DNA from: a virus
Strand: one strand, 5' to 3'
IMG/VR virus record: IMGVR_UViG_2822494597_000001
DNA length: 64,000 nt
The position numbers were made by a program, and so were the translations under genes. This document shows positions 18,926 to 29,192 of this stretch, piece after piece. The notes below the pieces were generated by a model that was not told where the DNA came from, searched no databases, and worked only from the letters and a program-made list of their open reading frames with translations. Each line of letters begins with the position of its first letter. Within the stretch, counting starts at the first letter, position 1.

Positions 18926-21568
18926 TTATTTCAACTCTATTAAAATTTGGTTGTTAACTGGCTTTGTTTTATCCAATTTAACCATTCTTGTTGATTCTTT
19001 TGAAACATTACCTGCCTTGTCATATGTTCTGGACGTAATCGTTGTAAGGCCTTCTTTTCTTACGAAAAACGGCTCACTGTAATTAGTCCACCCTTTAGTT
19101 TCTGCACCGTCTAACTTATATTCTATCTTTTGAATGCCAGAGACAGATGCTTTCTCTATCTCTGTAATGTTTATTGATGTGCTATTTATATTCCCTGCTT
19201 TATCCTTTAATTTAAATGGATATCTTCCATTTTCAGATACAGTAAATGTCACATTATCTCCTTTCAACCATTCACCACTTGGCAATTGAATAGAATCCAT
19301 ACCACTATCATTATCTTTTCCTATAATCGTTATTACTCTACGAGTCTTGTCATATTTACCGTTCTCATAAATATAATTCTCCTGAGTCGAAAAAGTAGGA
19401 GCTTCTTTATCTATATTCTTAATCTCTAAAACTTTTTTCGTTACATTTCCTGCTTTGTCATGTACTTCAAATGTATAGGTTCCATTTTCATATACTTTAA
19501 AATCAAAGATATCTTTCTCTACCTTGCTCTCATTAGGGAGAATGGTATAATCTATACCACTTTGAGCATCAGAAGTTTTTACTTTTATGTTTATATCTGC
19601 ATTGGTCCATTCCGTTTGAGATTGCTCAAAGTCTATGGTAGGAGATGTTTTATCAATCTTTACCTCTATAGACTTCTCTGTTACCATCCCACGATTATCA
19701 TGTACTTTATACGTATAAACACCTTCTTTAGATAAGGTATCCGTGTAAACAGAATCCAGTATATCCTTTCCGTTGGGTAACTCTATCTTATTTATTTTAA
19801 AGTCATCATCATCCAATAACTCAAACTTTAAATCTGTCCATTTTATTTTATAATCCTTTTTATACACATCAATATTCATACCTGTATATGGCTCGAAATT
19901 TGAGTGATAATCATTTGGTACAGTAGAGATAAATTCAAATGTTTGTTTTCCTTGTTCCTTCAGTGTCTTTAGCGGAATTACTTTAGGAATTACCCATGTT
20001 TTTACCAAACTATATTCTGAATCATACTCTTTATTTGAAGCATATGCATATCCTATCTGAGCATTTATCTTATCAACGGATTCTGTAGCACTTAGTAGTT
20101 CTACAGAACCCGATACTTTCATTCTTTTCCCTTTGTAGGTTGTATAAGTTTCCCAAATCGGATGGTATTTACTTCTATAGTCTTGTGTATAGCTTGTATG
20201 TAAACCAACTTGGTTAGAAGCACTAATGTCTACTTTTACATCTTTATTTGTCCATCCATTTTCGTTTCCTGAAGACTTCACCAGAACCTTTGAAGGTGTA
20301 TTGATGTTCCCTACAGGGACTGTATAATATCTGTGATTTCCTGCTTTATCTTTTGCGATAAATAGATATTCCGTGTTCTCCGAAACAGTATATTTAAATG
20401 TTGAAGATTTTACTTTATTTCCATTTGGTAATTGGATATAATCCAACCCTGATTCATTATCAGTCACTTTAAAATCTAATGTGAATTCGCCCTTTTGGGT
20501 CTGATTGATTAATTCTTTGTTTAATAATTCGATGATTGGTGGTTGAACATCTTTTTGATTTTCGTTAGGCGTGTACGTTTCATCTATAACACTTACGTCT
20601 TCTTTATTAAAGTTTACAGTATCAGAATAAGCATACGATTCGTCACCTTGCGTATCAAATGGTTTGATATCTAATATTTCTTCAGATAAAAGCAATGGAT
20701 ATCCATCTTCGGTTTTATTGATAACTTTCCATTTAATAGGTACATTATTGTATATACCGAAATTTAATACATCACCTATTTTTAAATCTTTTGCCATCGT
20801 CCCATTATTTAACTTGTATTCTGGCTTTAAGTGAATTGCAGGTACAATGCCCTTTGAATTATTAGCGTTTCTTCTTCTAACACTTGCCTCTGTTATTCCA
20901 TCAATCGTTAAGAGGGCTTCACTTCCTACATCTTCTCCCCCACTTGATGTATACCATTCTATAGATTCCTCATAGTAATTTCTTTTTTGTTTCGCCTCAT
21001 TTGAGATGTTTTTTCGTAAAGGTGTACCTCTTTTCTGTAAGTAATTATAAACTTCATATACGTTTAACAAGAAAACCTTATCATTTTCATATTTATAATA
21101 ATACTTGTCATGATTCATAACTAAACCACTTTGACTAAACGTAATAGAAGGATTGTAATACCTAAGTAACGGAAGTTTTAAGTTCCCTCCATCATGAACT
21201 CCTGACTTTTTATCAAAACCTGTAACATTGACTCTATGCTTTGTAATAGCAATTGCGGCATATTCTTCTTCTGAAAAACTATGTAGAAACCCCGATTCTT
21301 TATCGTAAGAGAAATTTTTTATTTTCGCTGATGTTGGTGGCTGATTTGTAAATTGAACATTCTTAGCATCACTATTTAGCCATTCTCTTATATTTGAACT
21401 CGTCCAATATGAACTCCCATATAATTTCCTACCTGATGCAGACTGTTCTATTAAGAAATTCTTTTTAGGACTTGGATTTTCTTCAGCATGTATATGCACA
21501 GGAGCTAAACAAGATAATAATGCCCCTATTGATAAAAGTGCTATGTTTTTTTTAAACAACATCATCAC
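18926..21568 (-). CDS. Secreted protein, family 1 paralog C
   Basis: Same architecture, colinear with A and B. Confidence 0.75.
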   Translation of the reverse strand: MMMLFKKNIALLSIGALLSCLAPVHIHAEENPSPKKNFLIEQSASGRKLYGSSYWTSSNIREWLNSDAKNVQFTNQPPTSAKIKNFSYDKESGFLHSFSEEEYAAIAITKHRVNVTGFDKKSGVHDGGNLKLPLLRYYNPSITFSQSGLVMNHDKYYYKYENDKVFLLNVYEVYNYLQKRGTPLRKNISNEAKQKRNYYEESIEWYTSSGGEDVGSEALLTIDGITEASVRRRNANNSKGIVPAIHLKPEYKLNNGTMAKDLKIGDVLNFGIYNNVPIKWKVINKTEDGYPLLLSEEILDIKPFDTQGDESYAYSDTVNFNKEDVSVIDETYTPNENQKDVQPPIIELLNKELINQTQKGEFTLDFKVTDNESGLDYIQLPNGNKVKSSTFKYTVSENTEYLFIAKDKAGNHRYYTVPVGNINTPSKVLVKSSGNENGWTNKDVKVDISASNQVGLHTSYTQDYRSKYHPIWETYTTYKGKRMKVSGSVELLSATESVDKINAQIGYAYASNKEYDSEYSLVKTWVIPKVIPLKTLKEQGKQTFEFISTVPNDYHSNFEPYTGMNIDVYKKDYKIKWTDLKFELLDDDDFKINKIELPNGKDILDSVYTDTLSKEGVYTYKVHDNRGMVTEKSIEVKIDKTSPTIDFEQSQTEWTNADINIKVKTSDAQSGIDYTILPNESKVEKDIFDFKVYENGTYTFEVHDKAGNVTKKVLEIKNIDKEAPTFSTQENYIYENGKYDKTRRVITIIGKDNDSGMDSIQLPSGEWLKGDNVTFTVSENGRYPFKLKDKAGNINSTSINITEIEKASVSGIQKIEYKLDGAETKGWTNYSEPFFVRKEGLTTITSRTYDKAGNVSKESTRMVKLDKTKPVNNQILIELK

Positions 21569-21607
21569 CCCCCGTTTCTATTTATTTACTTATTATATAA
21601 ATTTTCA

Positions 21608-21621
21608 CCAACTATAGTCAA
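21608..21621 (-). promoter_or_regulatory. TTGACT box / promoter
   Basis: TTGACTATAGTTGG, then TATAAT at 18-nt spacing. Confidence 0.7.
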
Positions 21622-21652
21622 AACAAAAAAAGAGAGGATAGTACCCCTCTTC

Positions 21653-24600
21653 TTAATCTTTTCCTATTATCTGTACCTGAATATCTTTATTCTGCCAAGT
21701 AGATGGAGCTTCTATATCTACCGATGGATTTTCTTTATCAATGTTAGAAACAATGATGGACTGTACAGTTTCATTTCCACCTTCATCTACTGCTTTAAAG
21801 TAATAAATCCCATTTTCTTTTACAATGAAGGTTGCCTTATCATTATTAATCCAATCTCCGTTTGGTAAACAAATTTTGATTACACGACTATCTTTATCAG
21901 TGGCAACCACTTGTAAGGTCACTTCTTTATTGGTCCACTCTTTCGTACTTGGTGTTATGCTTATCTCAGGTGAGAATTTATCCTCATAGTGATAATGAGC
22001 TACTTCTGAAATATTACCTGCATTATCAACACTCGCTACGTGAATATAAAACTCTTTTTTGTTTGGAACATTGAGCTGATAAGAAGTGCTTGTCGTTTCT
22101 ACTTTTCCATCGGGTATGGTATTTGGTTTTTCATCAATAACAATGGAATATCCTCTTAACCCTGTTTTTACTTCCGTTTTTACAACGTTAGATGTTAATT
22201 GGCTTTTCGTATCACTACCTTTAGCTTCTACATAATATTCATAAGAAGTTCCCTTATCAACAGATTCTTTAAAATTGATTGTTGCCGTATCATCTAAATT
22301 CAGCGTCACTTTGTTAATATCAGGTTTCGAAGGAGCATCCACATCTTGACCACTTCTATCATCTAAATGCGTATCGGAAGTCAATTGAGCTAAATAGAAC
22401 AGCGTATTCGCTAACACCTTTTGTTCATCAGGTGTTGCTTGCCCATTAGAATGACCAGTTTGAATAATAGCTGTGTTATTCCATGTGTGTAAATAAGCAT
22501 TTGTATTACTATTTAAGGAATCATCAACTGCACTTCCCGTAACAGGATTACCCCAACTGTTTCCCACGAATTTCATCCATATATCACCGTTAAAATGAAT
22601 ACTCATTGTATGGGCCATCGGAATTTTTAATTCTGTTCCTACATTACCTATTTTCCATGGATACTCCAGTAGCAATCCTTTTTTAGTGATTGCTATTTTT
22701 TCACTACCAATCCCCCTGAATTTTGTAGGGTCTGACACATTAAAATCATCTTTTACGGCATCAAAGAAATCAACTGAGGATGAAATTTTTGTCATTACAT
22801 CATGACCTGCGAGCACCCCTTTTCCTCTCCGCTCAAAATCCTTTATTGCTTGTATACTTTCTTTTCCTAAAGGACTCCATCCGTTAGCATCATATGTACC
22901 TATCATCATTACATCATATTTGTCTTTTCCTTTTTCATCGTATATGTAAGAATTGGGTGATGAATTGAATTCTTCTTGCGTTACTGCATCTACCTCAATA
23001 ACGCCCATCCCATAACCTTTACTATTTTCGGAGTTAGATTCTTCCATCCATTTCTTTAAACTGGCTGATACAGGCATTACGTTTCGTTTGCCATCTCTAT
23101 CTATAAAATCAATTGTAGAAAGGGTTGTATCTTTCCATTTAGTAGGGTAGATGTTTAATACTTTTACTTTCTTTTTATAATCAGTAGCAGAAACACTTTG
23201 AAATTCTTTTTCTCCATCTTTTTTCTTAAATACTTTATACGTATATGGCTCCGATTTTCCACCTTCCCAAGTTAATTGAACCATATTCTCTTTATGATTC
23301 GCTTTCGCTTCTAATATTGGGATTTCAATCGGAATATGAGCTGTTTCACTTACATTCCCTTGATTATCTATAGCCTTTATATGTAGAAATTGTTTTTCGT
23401 CTTTGATATTTCTAAATGAAATATTTTCATCCGTTGTGGTTATTGTATTTCCTGGTTCGGTTTTTGGATTTTTATCTAATACATAACTATAGCCTTTTAT
23501 CCCCGATATTACTTCTACTGATTTTTCTGTTGAAAAAGGTGTTTCTCCATTTTCAGATATACCTTTTATCTTGTATTTGTAATTCGTACCTTTATCTTTA
23601 GGCTTATCGAATTTTACATTTAAGTTTTTGTCTTCTTTCACTACGGTTGCCTTCATAACTTTGTTCGGTTTTTCTTTATCAATCGCATTCATATCCTCAA
23701 ACTCGGAACCATATCCTTCATATATCTTCGAACCATCTCTTTGCAACTGAACTTTTGTAGCATAACCTACCTTGATATCATCCACGTAAGTATTTCCATT
23801 TTTAGATTCTACTTGTTGTCTCAATTGTCTTGGGTTTTTCAACCAATCTATATCAGGATATTCAGTTACTTTGCTATTCATATTAATAATTTGCCAACCA
23901 TCACTATGTTTTACTGTTTTTGTCGCAAATCTAATAGCTTCACCCGTATTTCTTGACCGCCACTGTTCTCCTTTTTTAAAACTACCTTTGATGGGTGCAT
24001 TTAACGTAACAGTGTTTGTATCCCTATCAATTTCTCTAACAGATAGATTCTCTTTATGGTCATATGGGTCAGTATCTGAGGTAATATATGAAGCTAATCC
24101 AAGTCCTACAGTTGTGTTCACTTTAAATGTTTTTGTTCCTGGTGGTACATCTTCAGCAAAATAAATATTCCTATGAATGAAAGAATTCCTATATGCCCAA
24201 GAGGTAAACAGAGAAACTGTTCCTTCATCATCTGTTTTTACTTTCACAGAAGCAGAAACAGGTTTTCCATTCGGCAAAGCTAAAGGGTTGTATAACCAAG
24301 TATGATTCCAACTTGAAGTCATATCGTATGGCCACCACACTGAATTCCCTTTATCAGGGAATGTATTCGGAGTCATATATGCTCCTGTACCTGCATAAAC
24401 ATTTTCTTTTTCATGAACAATCTTTTGTCCACCATCACCTAAACCATTATTTCCATCATAGACTAATTCTGGTTTAGGTTTTTCATTTTCTTCATATCCA
24501 ACTGTCCATAGTACATCACTATCTAAAATTTCAGTAGCCCAATCTGCCCTTGCATGTAAACCATTTTGAGAAACACTTAATTCTGGAATTCTGGACATTA

Positions 24601-25303
24601 AATATAAATCTTTTATTTCCTCGTCATCTGTTCCACCGTTAAATATGTTAATCTCATCTAAAATACTTTCTCCATCTAATCCATACTGATTATCGTAGCT
24701 ATATCCGCTAATTACTAACTTGTTGTTCCAACCAACTTTTTCAGAGAATTGTTTCCCTCTTACTTGAGATAAATTTTGCTTTACTCCATTTAAATAGAGT
24801 TTGTTTTTATTTATATCATTTCTATTAAATACTGCCACAACATGGGTTAATTCATTTGGTTTTATCTTGTCTTGAACACCAAATACGTCATCATTGTTTG
24901 TATTAAAACCAAAAGAGCCTTCTATGAAATATAATGAATATTCTTCAAAACCAATAGGCATAAACATATCTTTCTTCCCATCCCATTTCATCCAAAATGA
25001 GAATGTTAATTCATCCTGTTTTTTTATATCTAAATCTGATAAAGGAATTTCTACTTTGTCACCATTTGGTTTTAATCCCTTATTCCTACTACCTGGTTCA
25101 AAGTTCTCTTTTCCTTCATTTGTTTTATAAAATTTTCCAGTCACTGTATTTTCTATCTTTTCTTTATCAAAATTCATTTCAAGTATTTTTCTTTGATTGT
25201 AATATTCAATATCCCCATAACTGGAAGCTTGAACAACTTGAGGTGAACTTACCATAGCTGTTAGCATTGTAATTACTGATATGATAGATGTGTATTTTCT
25301 CAT
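21653..25303 (-). CDS. Large secreted protein, family 2 paralog A (LamG-like, variable domain, DUF5057/GATase-like, Fn3/Ig)
   Basis: Signal peptide; TFSFWMKW...THVVAVF...KLYLNG...LDEINIFN; KVLNIYP...GVLAGHD...IQTGHS. Confidence 0.7.
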   Translation of the reverse strand: MRKYTSIISVITMLTAMVSSPQVVQASSYGDIEYYNQRKILEMNFDKEKIENTVTGKFYKTNEGKENFEPGSRNKGLKPNGDKVEIPLSDLDIKKQDELTFSFWMKWDGKKDMFMPIGFEEYSLYFIEGSFGFNTNNDDVFGVQDKIKPNELTHVVAVFNRNDINKNKLYLNGVKQNLSQVRGKQFSEKVGWNNKLVISGYSYDNQYGLDGESILDEINIFNGGTDDEEIKDLYLMSRIPELSVSQNGLHARADWATEILDSDVLWTVGYEENEKPKPELVYDGNNGLGDGGQKIVHEKENVYAGTGAYMTPNTFPDKGNSVWWPYDMTSSWNHTWLYNPLALPNGKPVSASVKVKTDDEGTVSLFTSWAYRNSFIHRNIYFAEDVPPGTKTFKVNTTVGLGLASYITSDTDPYDHKENLSVREIDRDTNTVTLNAPIKGSFKKGEQWRSRNTGEAIRFATKTVKHSDGWQIINMNSKVTEYPDIDWLKNPRQLRQQVESKNGNTYVDDIKVGYATKVQLQRDGSKIYEGYGSEFEDMNAIDKEKPNKVMKATVVKEDKNLNVKFDKPKDKGTNYKYKIKGISENGETPFSTEKSVEVISGIKGYSYVLDKNPKTEPGNTITTTDENISFRNIKDEKQFLHIKAIDNQGNVSETAHIPIEIPILEAKANHKENMVQLTWEGGKSEPYTYKVFKKKDGEKEFQSVSATDYKKKVKVLNIYPTKWKDTTLSTIDFIDRDGKRNVMPVSASLKKWMEESNSENSKGYGMGVIEVDAVTQEEFNSSPNSYIYDEKGKDKYDVMMIGTYDANGWSPLGKESIQAIKDFERRGKGVLAGHDVMTKISSSVDFFDAVKDDFNVSDPTKFRGIGSEKIAITKKGLLLEYPWKIGNVGTELKIPMAHTMSIHFNGDIWMKFVGNSWGNPVTGSAVDDSLNSNTNAYLHTWNNTAIIQTGHSNGQATPDEQKVLANTLFYLAQLTSDTHLDDRSGQDVDAPSKPDINKVTLNLDDTATINFKESVDKGTSYEYYVEAKGSDTKSQLTSNVVKTEVKTGLRGYSIVIDEKPNTIPDGKVETTSTSYQLNVPNKKEFYIHVASVDNAGNISEVAHYHYEDKFSPEISITPSTKEWTNKEVTLQVVATDKDSRVIKICLPNGDWINNDKATFIVKENGIYYFKAVDEGGNETVQSIIVSNIDKENPSVDIEAPSTWQNKDIQVQIIGKD

Positions 25304-25353
25304 ATTTATCGCCTCCTTTACTCATTCCACCTTACTATTATAGACTTATTACA

Positions 25354-25367
25354 TCAACTAAAGTCAA
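25354..25367 (-). promoter_or_regulatory. TTGACT box
   Basis: TTGACTTTAGTTGA upstream of 21653-25303. Confidence 0.65.
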
Positions 25368-25391
25368 TAAAAAATAACACCTAAAAAGGTG

Positions 25392-28300
25392 TTATTCATC
25401 ATTTCCTACAATTTTCACTTCAACATCCCTATTCATCCAATTTTTAGGAGCACTTATATCAGCTTTTGGATTCTTTTTATCTATATTTGATACAACGATA
25501 GATTGTACTGTTTCATTTCCTCCTTGGTCCACTGCTTGAAAGAAATAGATGCCATTCTCTTTTACAATGTAAGTTGCTTTGTTGCCATGTACCCAATCAC
25601 CATTCGGCATTTGTAGTTTCATCACTCTACTATCTTTATCTGTAGCTGTAACGTGTAATACAATTTCCTTATTGGTCCATTCTTTTACATTTGGTTCAAT
25701 CATTAATACAGGAGCCTGTTTATCCTCGTAATGATAGTGAGAAACCGCCGAAACATTCCCTACCTTATCCACACTTGCTACATGAACATAAAAGTCTTTT
25801 GTATTAGGAGGCGAAACGGTATAAGATGTGCCTTTTGTTTCAATCTCAGCATCAAGAACTGTATCTGACTTTTCATCAACTACAATTGAATATCCTTTCA
25901 ATCCAGAAGTTATAGTTGCTTTAGAAATGTTAGACTTTAATTTACTGTTACTATTTCCACCAGTTGCTTCTACATAATATTCATAATCCGTCCCTTTATC
26001 TACTGCACCTTTATAGTCAATAGACACATTTCCATCTGAACCTAAATTCATAGACGTTATAGATGGAATTGTAGGCGATGTAACATCTTGGCTACTCCTA
26101 TCATCTAACTCTGTTGCAGAAGTCAACTGAGCCAAATAGAACAGTGTGTTTGATAATATCTTCTGCTCATCAGGTGTAGCCTCTCCATTCGAATGACCTG
26201 TTTGTATCATCGCTATGTTATTACGAGTTGTTAAATAGAAGTTTAATGGGTCATCCATACCTATGTTCTCATAATTAAATCGTAGCCATATATCTCCTGC
26301 TGTTTTTTGTTTATAGGTGTGTGCAAAAGGAATTTTTAATTTTGTTCCAATATCTCCAATTGCCCAAGGATAATTTGTTAATAATCCCTTTTTATTAATT
26401 TCTACAGTAGAATTACCTGTTACGAATTGCTTTTTATCATTATTCCCATTGTAAATGGACACATTTTCATTTACATACTCTATACCATTACCCTCACCAA
26501 TTTTAATAAAATTAGGTCGTAAATTATGAATGGTATCATGACCAAAAAGAAGACCCTTTCCTGAAGCGACAAATGTATTCACTTCCGATACAGAATCATT
26601 TGAAATATCTTGCCAGTTATTGTTGTTCCACAAGCCAAACACAAGCTCATCATATTTATGTATCATTGACGGGTCTTTATTGAATTCAGTGATAGAAACA
26701 GCATCCACATGAATTAACCCTTTCCCATAACCTTTCTCATTCTCCTTGTTAGGCTCTTCCATCCATTTTTTTAGCGAAGCAGATTTTGGAAGTGTAAATG
26801 CCTCGCCTTTCCAATTAGAAAAATCTATCATTGGAATATAATCTTTATTTGTATTATCTTGACTTCTTGTTTCTGGATAAATATCTAATACATGTATCCC
26901 ATCTTTATAACTACTTGTTGATGTTGTTTGGAATTCTTTACTTCCTTCCTGTTTCTTAAATACTTTATAGGTATATGGTTCAACACTACCTTTTGTCCAT
27001 TCCAGATGCACAAAGTTCTCTTCATTATTTGCTTTTGTTACTAAATCAGGAATTTCAATCGGAATATGTTTTACTTCACTTGCATTCCCTTGACCATCAA
27101 TCGCCTTTAAATGTAAATAATGTTGTCCTTTCTCCTTTAAAGATGTTTTTAATGCTTCTGTTGTTAAATTAATCTCATCTGAAGGAATCGTATTCTTATT
27201 TTTATCAATGACATAACTATATCCTTTTACGCCTGACGTAACTGTGACTTCTTTCTCTTTAGAAAGTGGTGTTTCACCTGTTTTGGATAACCCTTTTATG
27301 TTATAAACATATTTTGTACCTAAATCTTTAGGTTTCTCGAAATTGATAGATAAATCATCTTTATCCCCGTTAAAAGTTATCTTCCTAACCATGTCTGGTT
27401 TTTCTTTATCCGTTGCTCCCTTATCTTCAAATTCAGAATTATACCCTCTATATACCTTATTTCCATCTCGATATAATTCAACTTCTGTTGCATACCCCAT
27501 TCGAACATCATCTATATACATTTCATTCAAAACCCATGAGGTAATAAAATAAGTAAATCCTCTTTTCGCAGTATCATAATAATCCTTGTTATCAACCGTT
27601 GTATTTAGATTAATCGTTTTCCATGTGTCAGAGTTAAAGAGTTCTTTTGTAGGAAAATATGCAGGGTTAAAATGTGTATGTCCTGGTACATCAGCCCCTT
27701 TAGGGAAATCTTCTGCAATAGGGCGACTCAACTCCATTGTTTTTGTTTCTAAATCAATGTGAGTAATATATCCGTAATCATAAAATCTATCTGGGTTAGC
27801 TTCAGGAATAATTTTATCGGCATAATAATAATTTCTCATTCGATTATTCACTACATCTATAGGGAATTGTTCTAAATTATCTACCTTTAAACGTTTACTA
27901 CCCGCTTTTGCACCTTCTAATAAAGTAAGCGGTTTGCTATACCCATATATAGAAGCTAAAGTAAAAGTTTTATTGATAGGTCCCCCAATAGCAGTTGAAG
28001 TAATAGTGGAATGTCCTTTTGGTTTCACTTTTACACTCATACTAAAGTGAGAGCCATTTGGCGCGGTTTGTCTTCTACTAAAATTCATATAGCTCGTTTC
28101 AGACTTATGTTGTGACTTATCCTCACTTTCATTAAACCAATTATTCCCCTTACCATTTACTGTTGACCCAATTTTCACAGAAGTCTCTCCATCATACGAT
28201 TCTTCATTCGTAAAACTCTGTGAGCCATCAGGTGTATTTGACCTTGGAGGAAACGTAGGTTTTTCTTCTCCATTTTCAAAAGACGTTTTATAAAATAAGT

Positions 28301-29108
28301 CTGTGTCTAAAATTTCAGTTGCCCAATCCACTCGTGCATGTAAATTATTCTGTCTTACTGATAAATCAGGCACCCGCGAAAGTAGAAACATTTCTTTTGC
28401 TTGCTTCTCATCTGCACTTCCTTTATATAAGTTCACTTCATCTATTACAGAATTCCCTGTGACCTTATGAATCTCTTGTCCATTCCAACCACTTATTTGA
28501 AAGTAATTCGTATTAAATATTGCATTCTTATTATTGACCGTCCCTCTTATCTGCTTAATATCCTGTTCTTCCCCATTTATATACAATTCGTTCTTTTCAA
28601 CATCGTTTTTATGAAACACAGCAATGACATGCGAAAATTGATTTACTTTTATCTTATCTTTCACACCATATATATCATCATTTCCTGTATTAAATCCAAA
28701 ATCACCATTATTTAACCAAAGGCCATATTTACCAAAACCAATCGGAATGATTCCATCTCGATTTGAATTCCCTTTTAAATCTCCATCCCATTTAAACCAA
28801 AACGAAAGGGTAATCGTATCGTCTTGCTCTATAGACAAATCTTTAATCGGAACTTTTATATCATCCCCATTTATTTGTAACCCTTTATTCTTACTACCTG
28901 GGACGAACGTTTCTTTATTTGATGTTGTTTTATACTCGTTACCACTGACTGAATCTATCGTTTTTTCATTATCAAAATTCATTTCAAATACTTTTCTTTG
29001 ATTATATGAATCTACACTTCCATAACTGGAAGCATGGGCATATTGAGTTGACGCTATCATTCCTGTCATCATTGCTATGGTTGATAATACTGCAATACTT
29101 TTTTTCAT
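25392..29108 (-). CDS. Large secreted protein, family 2 paralog B
   Basis: Colinear paralog, 1238 aa. Confidence 0.7.
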   Translation of the reverse strand: MKKSIAVLSTIAMMTGMIASTQYAHASSYGSVDSYNQRKVFEMNFDNEKTIDSVSGNEYKTTSNKETFVPGSKNKGLQINGDDIKVPIKDLSIEQDDTITLSFWFKWDGDLKGNSNRDGIIPIGFGKYGLWLNNGDFGFNTGNDDIYGVKDKIKVNQFSHVIAVFHKNDVEKNELYINGEEQDIKQIRGTVNNKNAIFNTNYFQISGWNGQEIHKVTGNSVIDEVNLYKGSADEKQAKEMFLLSRVPDLSVRQNNLHARVDWATEILDTDLFYKTSFENGEEKPTFPPRSNTPDGSQSFTNEESYDGETSVKIGSTVNGKGNNWFNESEDKSQHKSETSYMNFSRRQTAPNGSHFSMSVKVKPKGHSTITSTAIGGPINKTFTLASIYGYSKPLTLLEGAKAGSKRLKVDNLEQFPIDVVNNRMRNYYYADKIIPEANPDRFYDYGYITHIDLETKTMELSRPIAEDFPKGADVPGHTHFNPAYFPTKELFNSDTWKTINLNTTVDNKDYYDTAKRGFTYFITSWVLNEMYIDDVRMGYATEVELYRDGNKVYRGYNSEFEDKGATDKEKPDMVRKITFNGDKDDLSINFEKPKDLGTKYVYNIKGLSKTGETPLSKEKEVTVTSGVKGYSYVIDKNKNTIPSDEINLTTEALKTSLKEKGQHYLHLKAIDGQGNASEVKHIPIEIPDLVTKANNEENFVHLEWTKGSVEPYTYKVFKKQEGSKEFQTTSTSSYKDGIHVLDIYPETRSQDNTNKDYIPMIDFSNWKGEAFTLPKSASLKKWMEEPNKENEKGYGKGLIHVDAVSITEFNKDPSMIHKYDELVFGLWNNNNWQDISNDSVSEVNTFVASGKGLLFGHDTIHNLRPNFIKIGEGNGIEYVNENVSIYNGNNDKKQFVTGNSTVEINKKGLLTNYPWAIGDIGTKLKIPFAHTYKQKTAGDIWLRFNYENIGMDDPLNFYLTTRNNIAMIQTGHSNGEATPDEQKILSNTLFYLAQLTSATELDDRSSQDVTSPTIPSITSMNLGSDGNVSIDYKGAVDKGTDYEYYVEATGGNSNSKLKSNISKATITSGLKGYSIVVDEKSDTVLDAEIETKGTSYTVSPPNTKDFYVHVASVDKVGNVSAVSHYHYEDKQAPVLMIEPNVKEWTNKEIVLHVTATDKDSRVMKLQMPNGDWVHGNKATYIVKENGIYFFQAVDQGGNETVQSIVVSNIDKKNPKADISAPKNWMNRDVEVKIVGNDE

Positions 29109-29155
29109 ATACTCGCCTCCCTAAAAAACATTATACCTATTATAGACTAAAAACA

Positions 29156-29169
29156 TTGACTAAAGTCAA
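29156..29169 (-). promoter_or_regulatory. TTGACT box, near-perfect palindrome
   Basis: CATTGACT-AA-AGTCAATG. Confidence 0.75.
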
Positions 29170-29192
29170 TGAAAAATAGCACCTTGAAGGTG

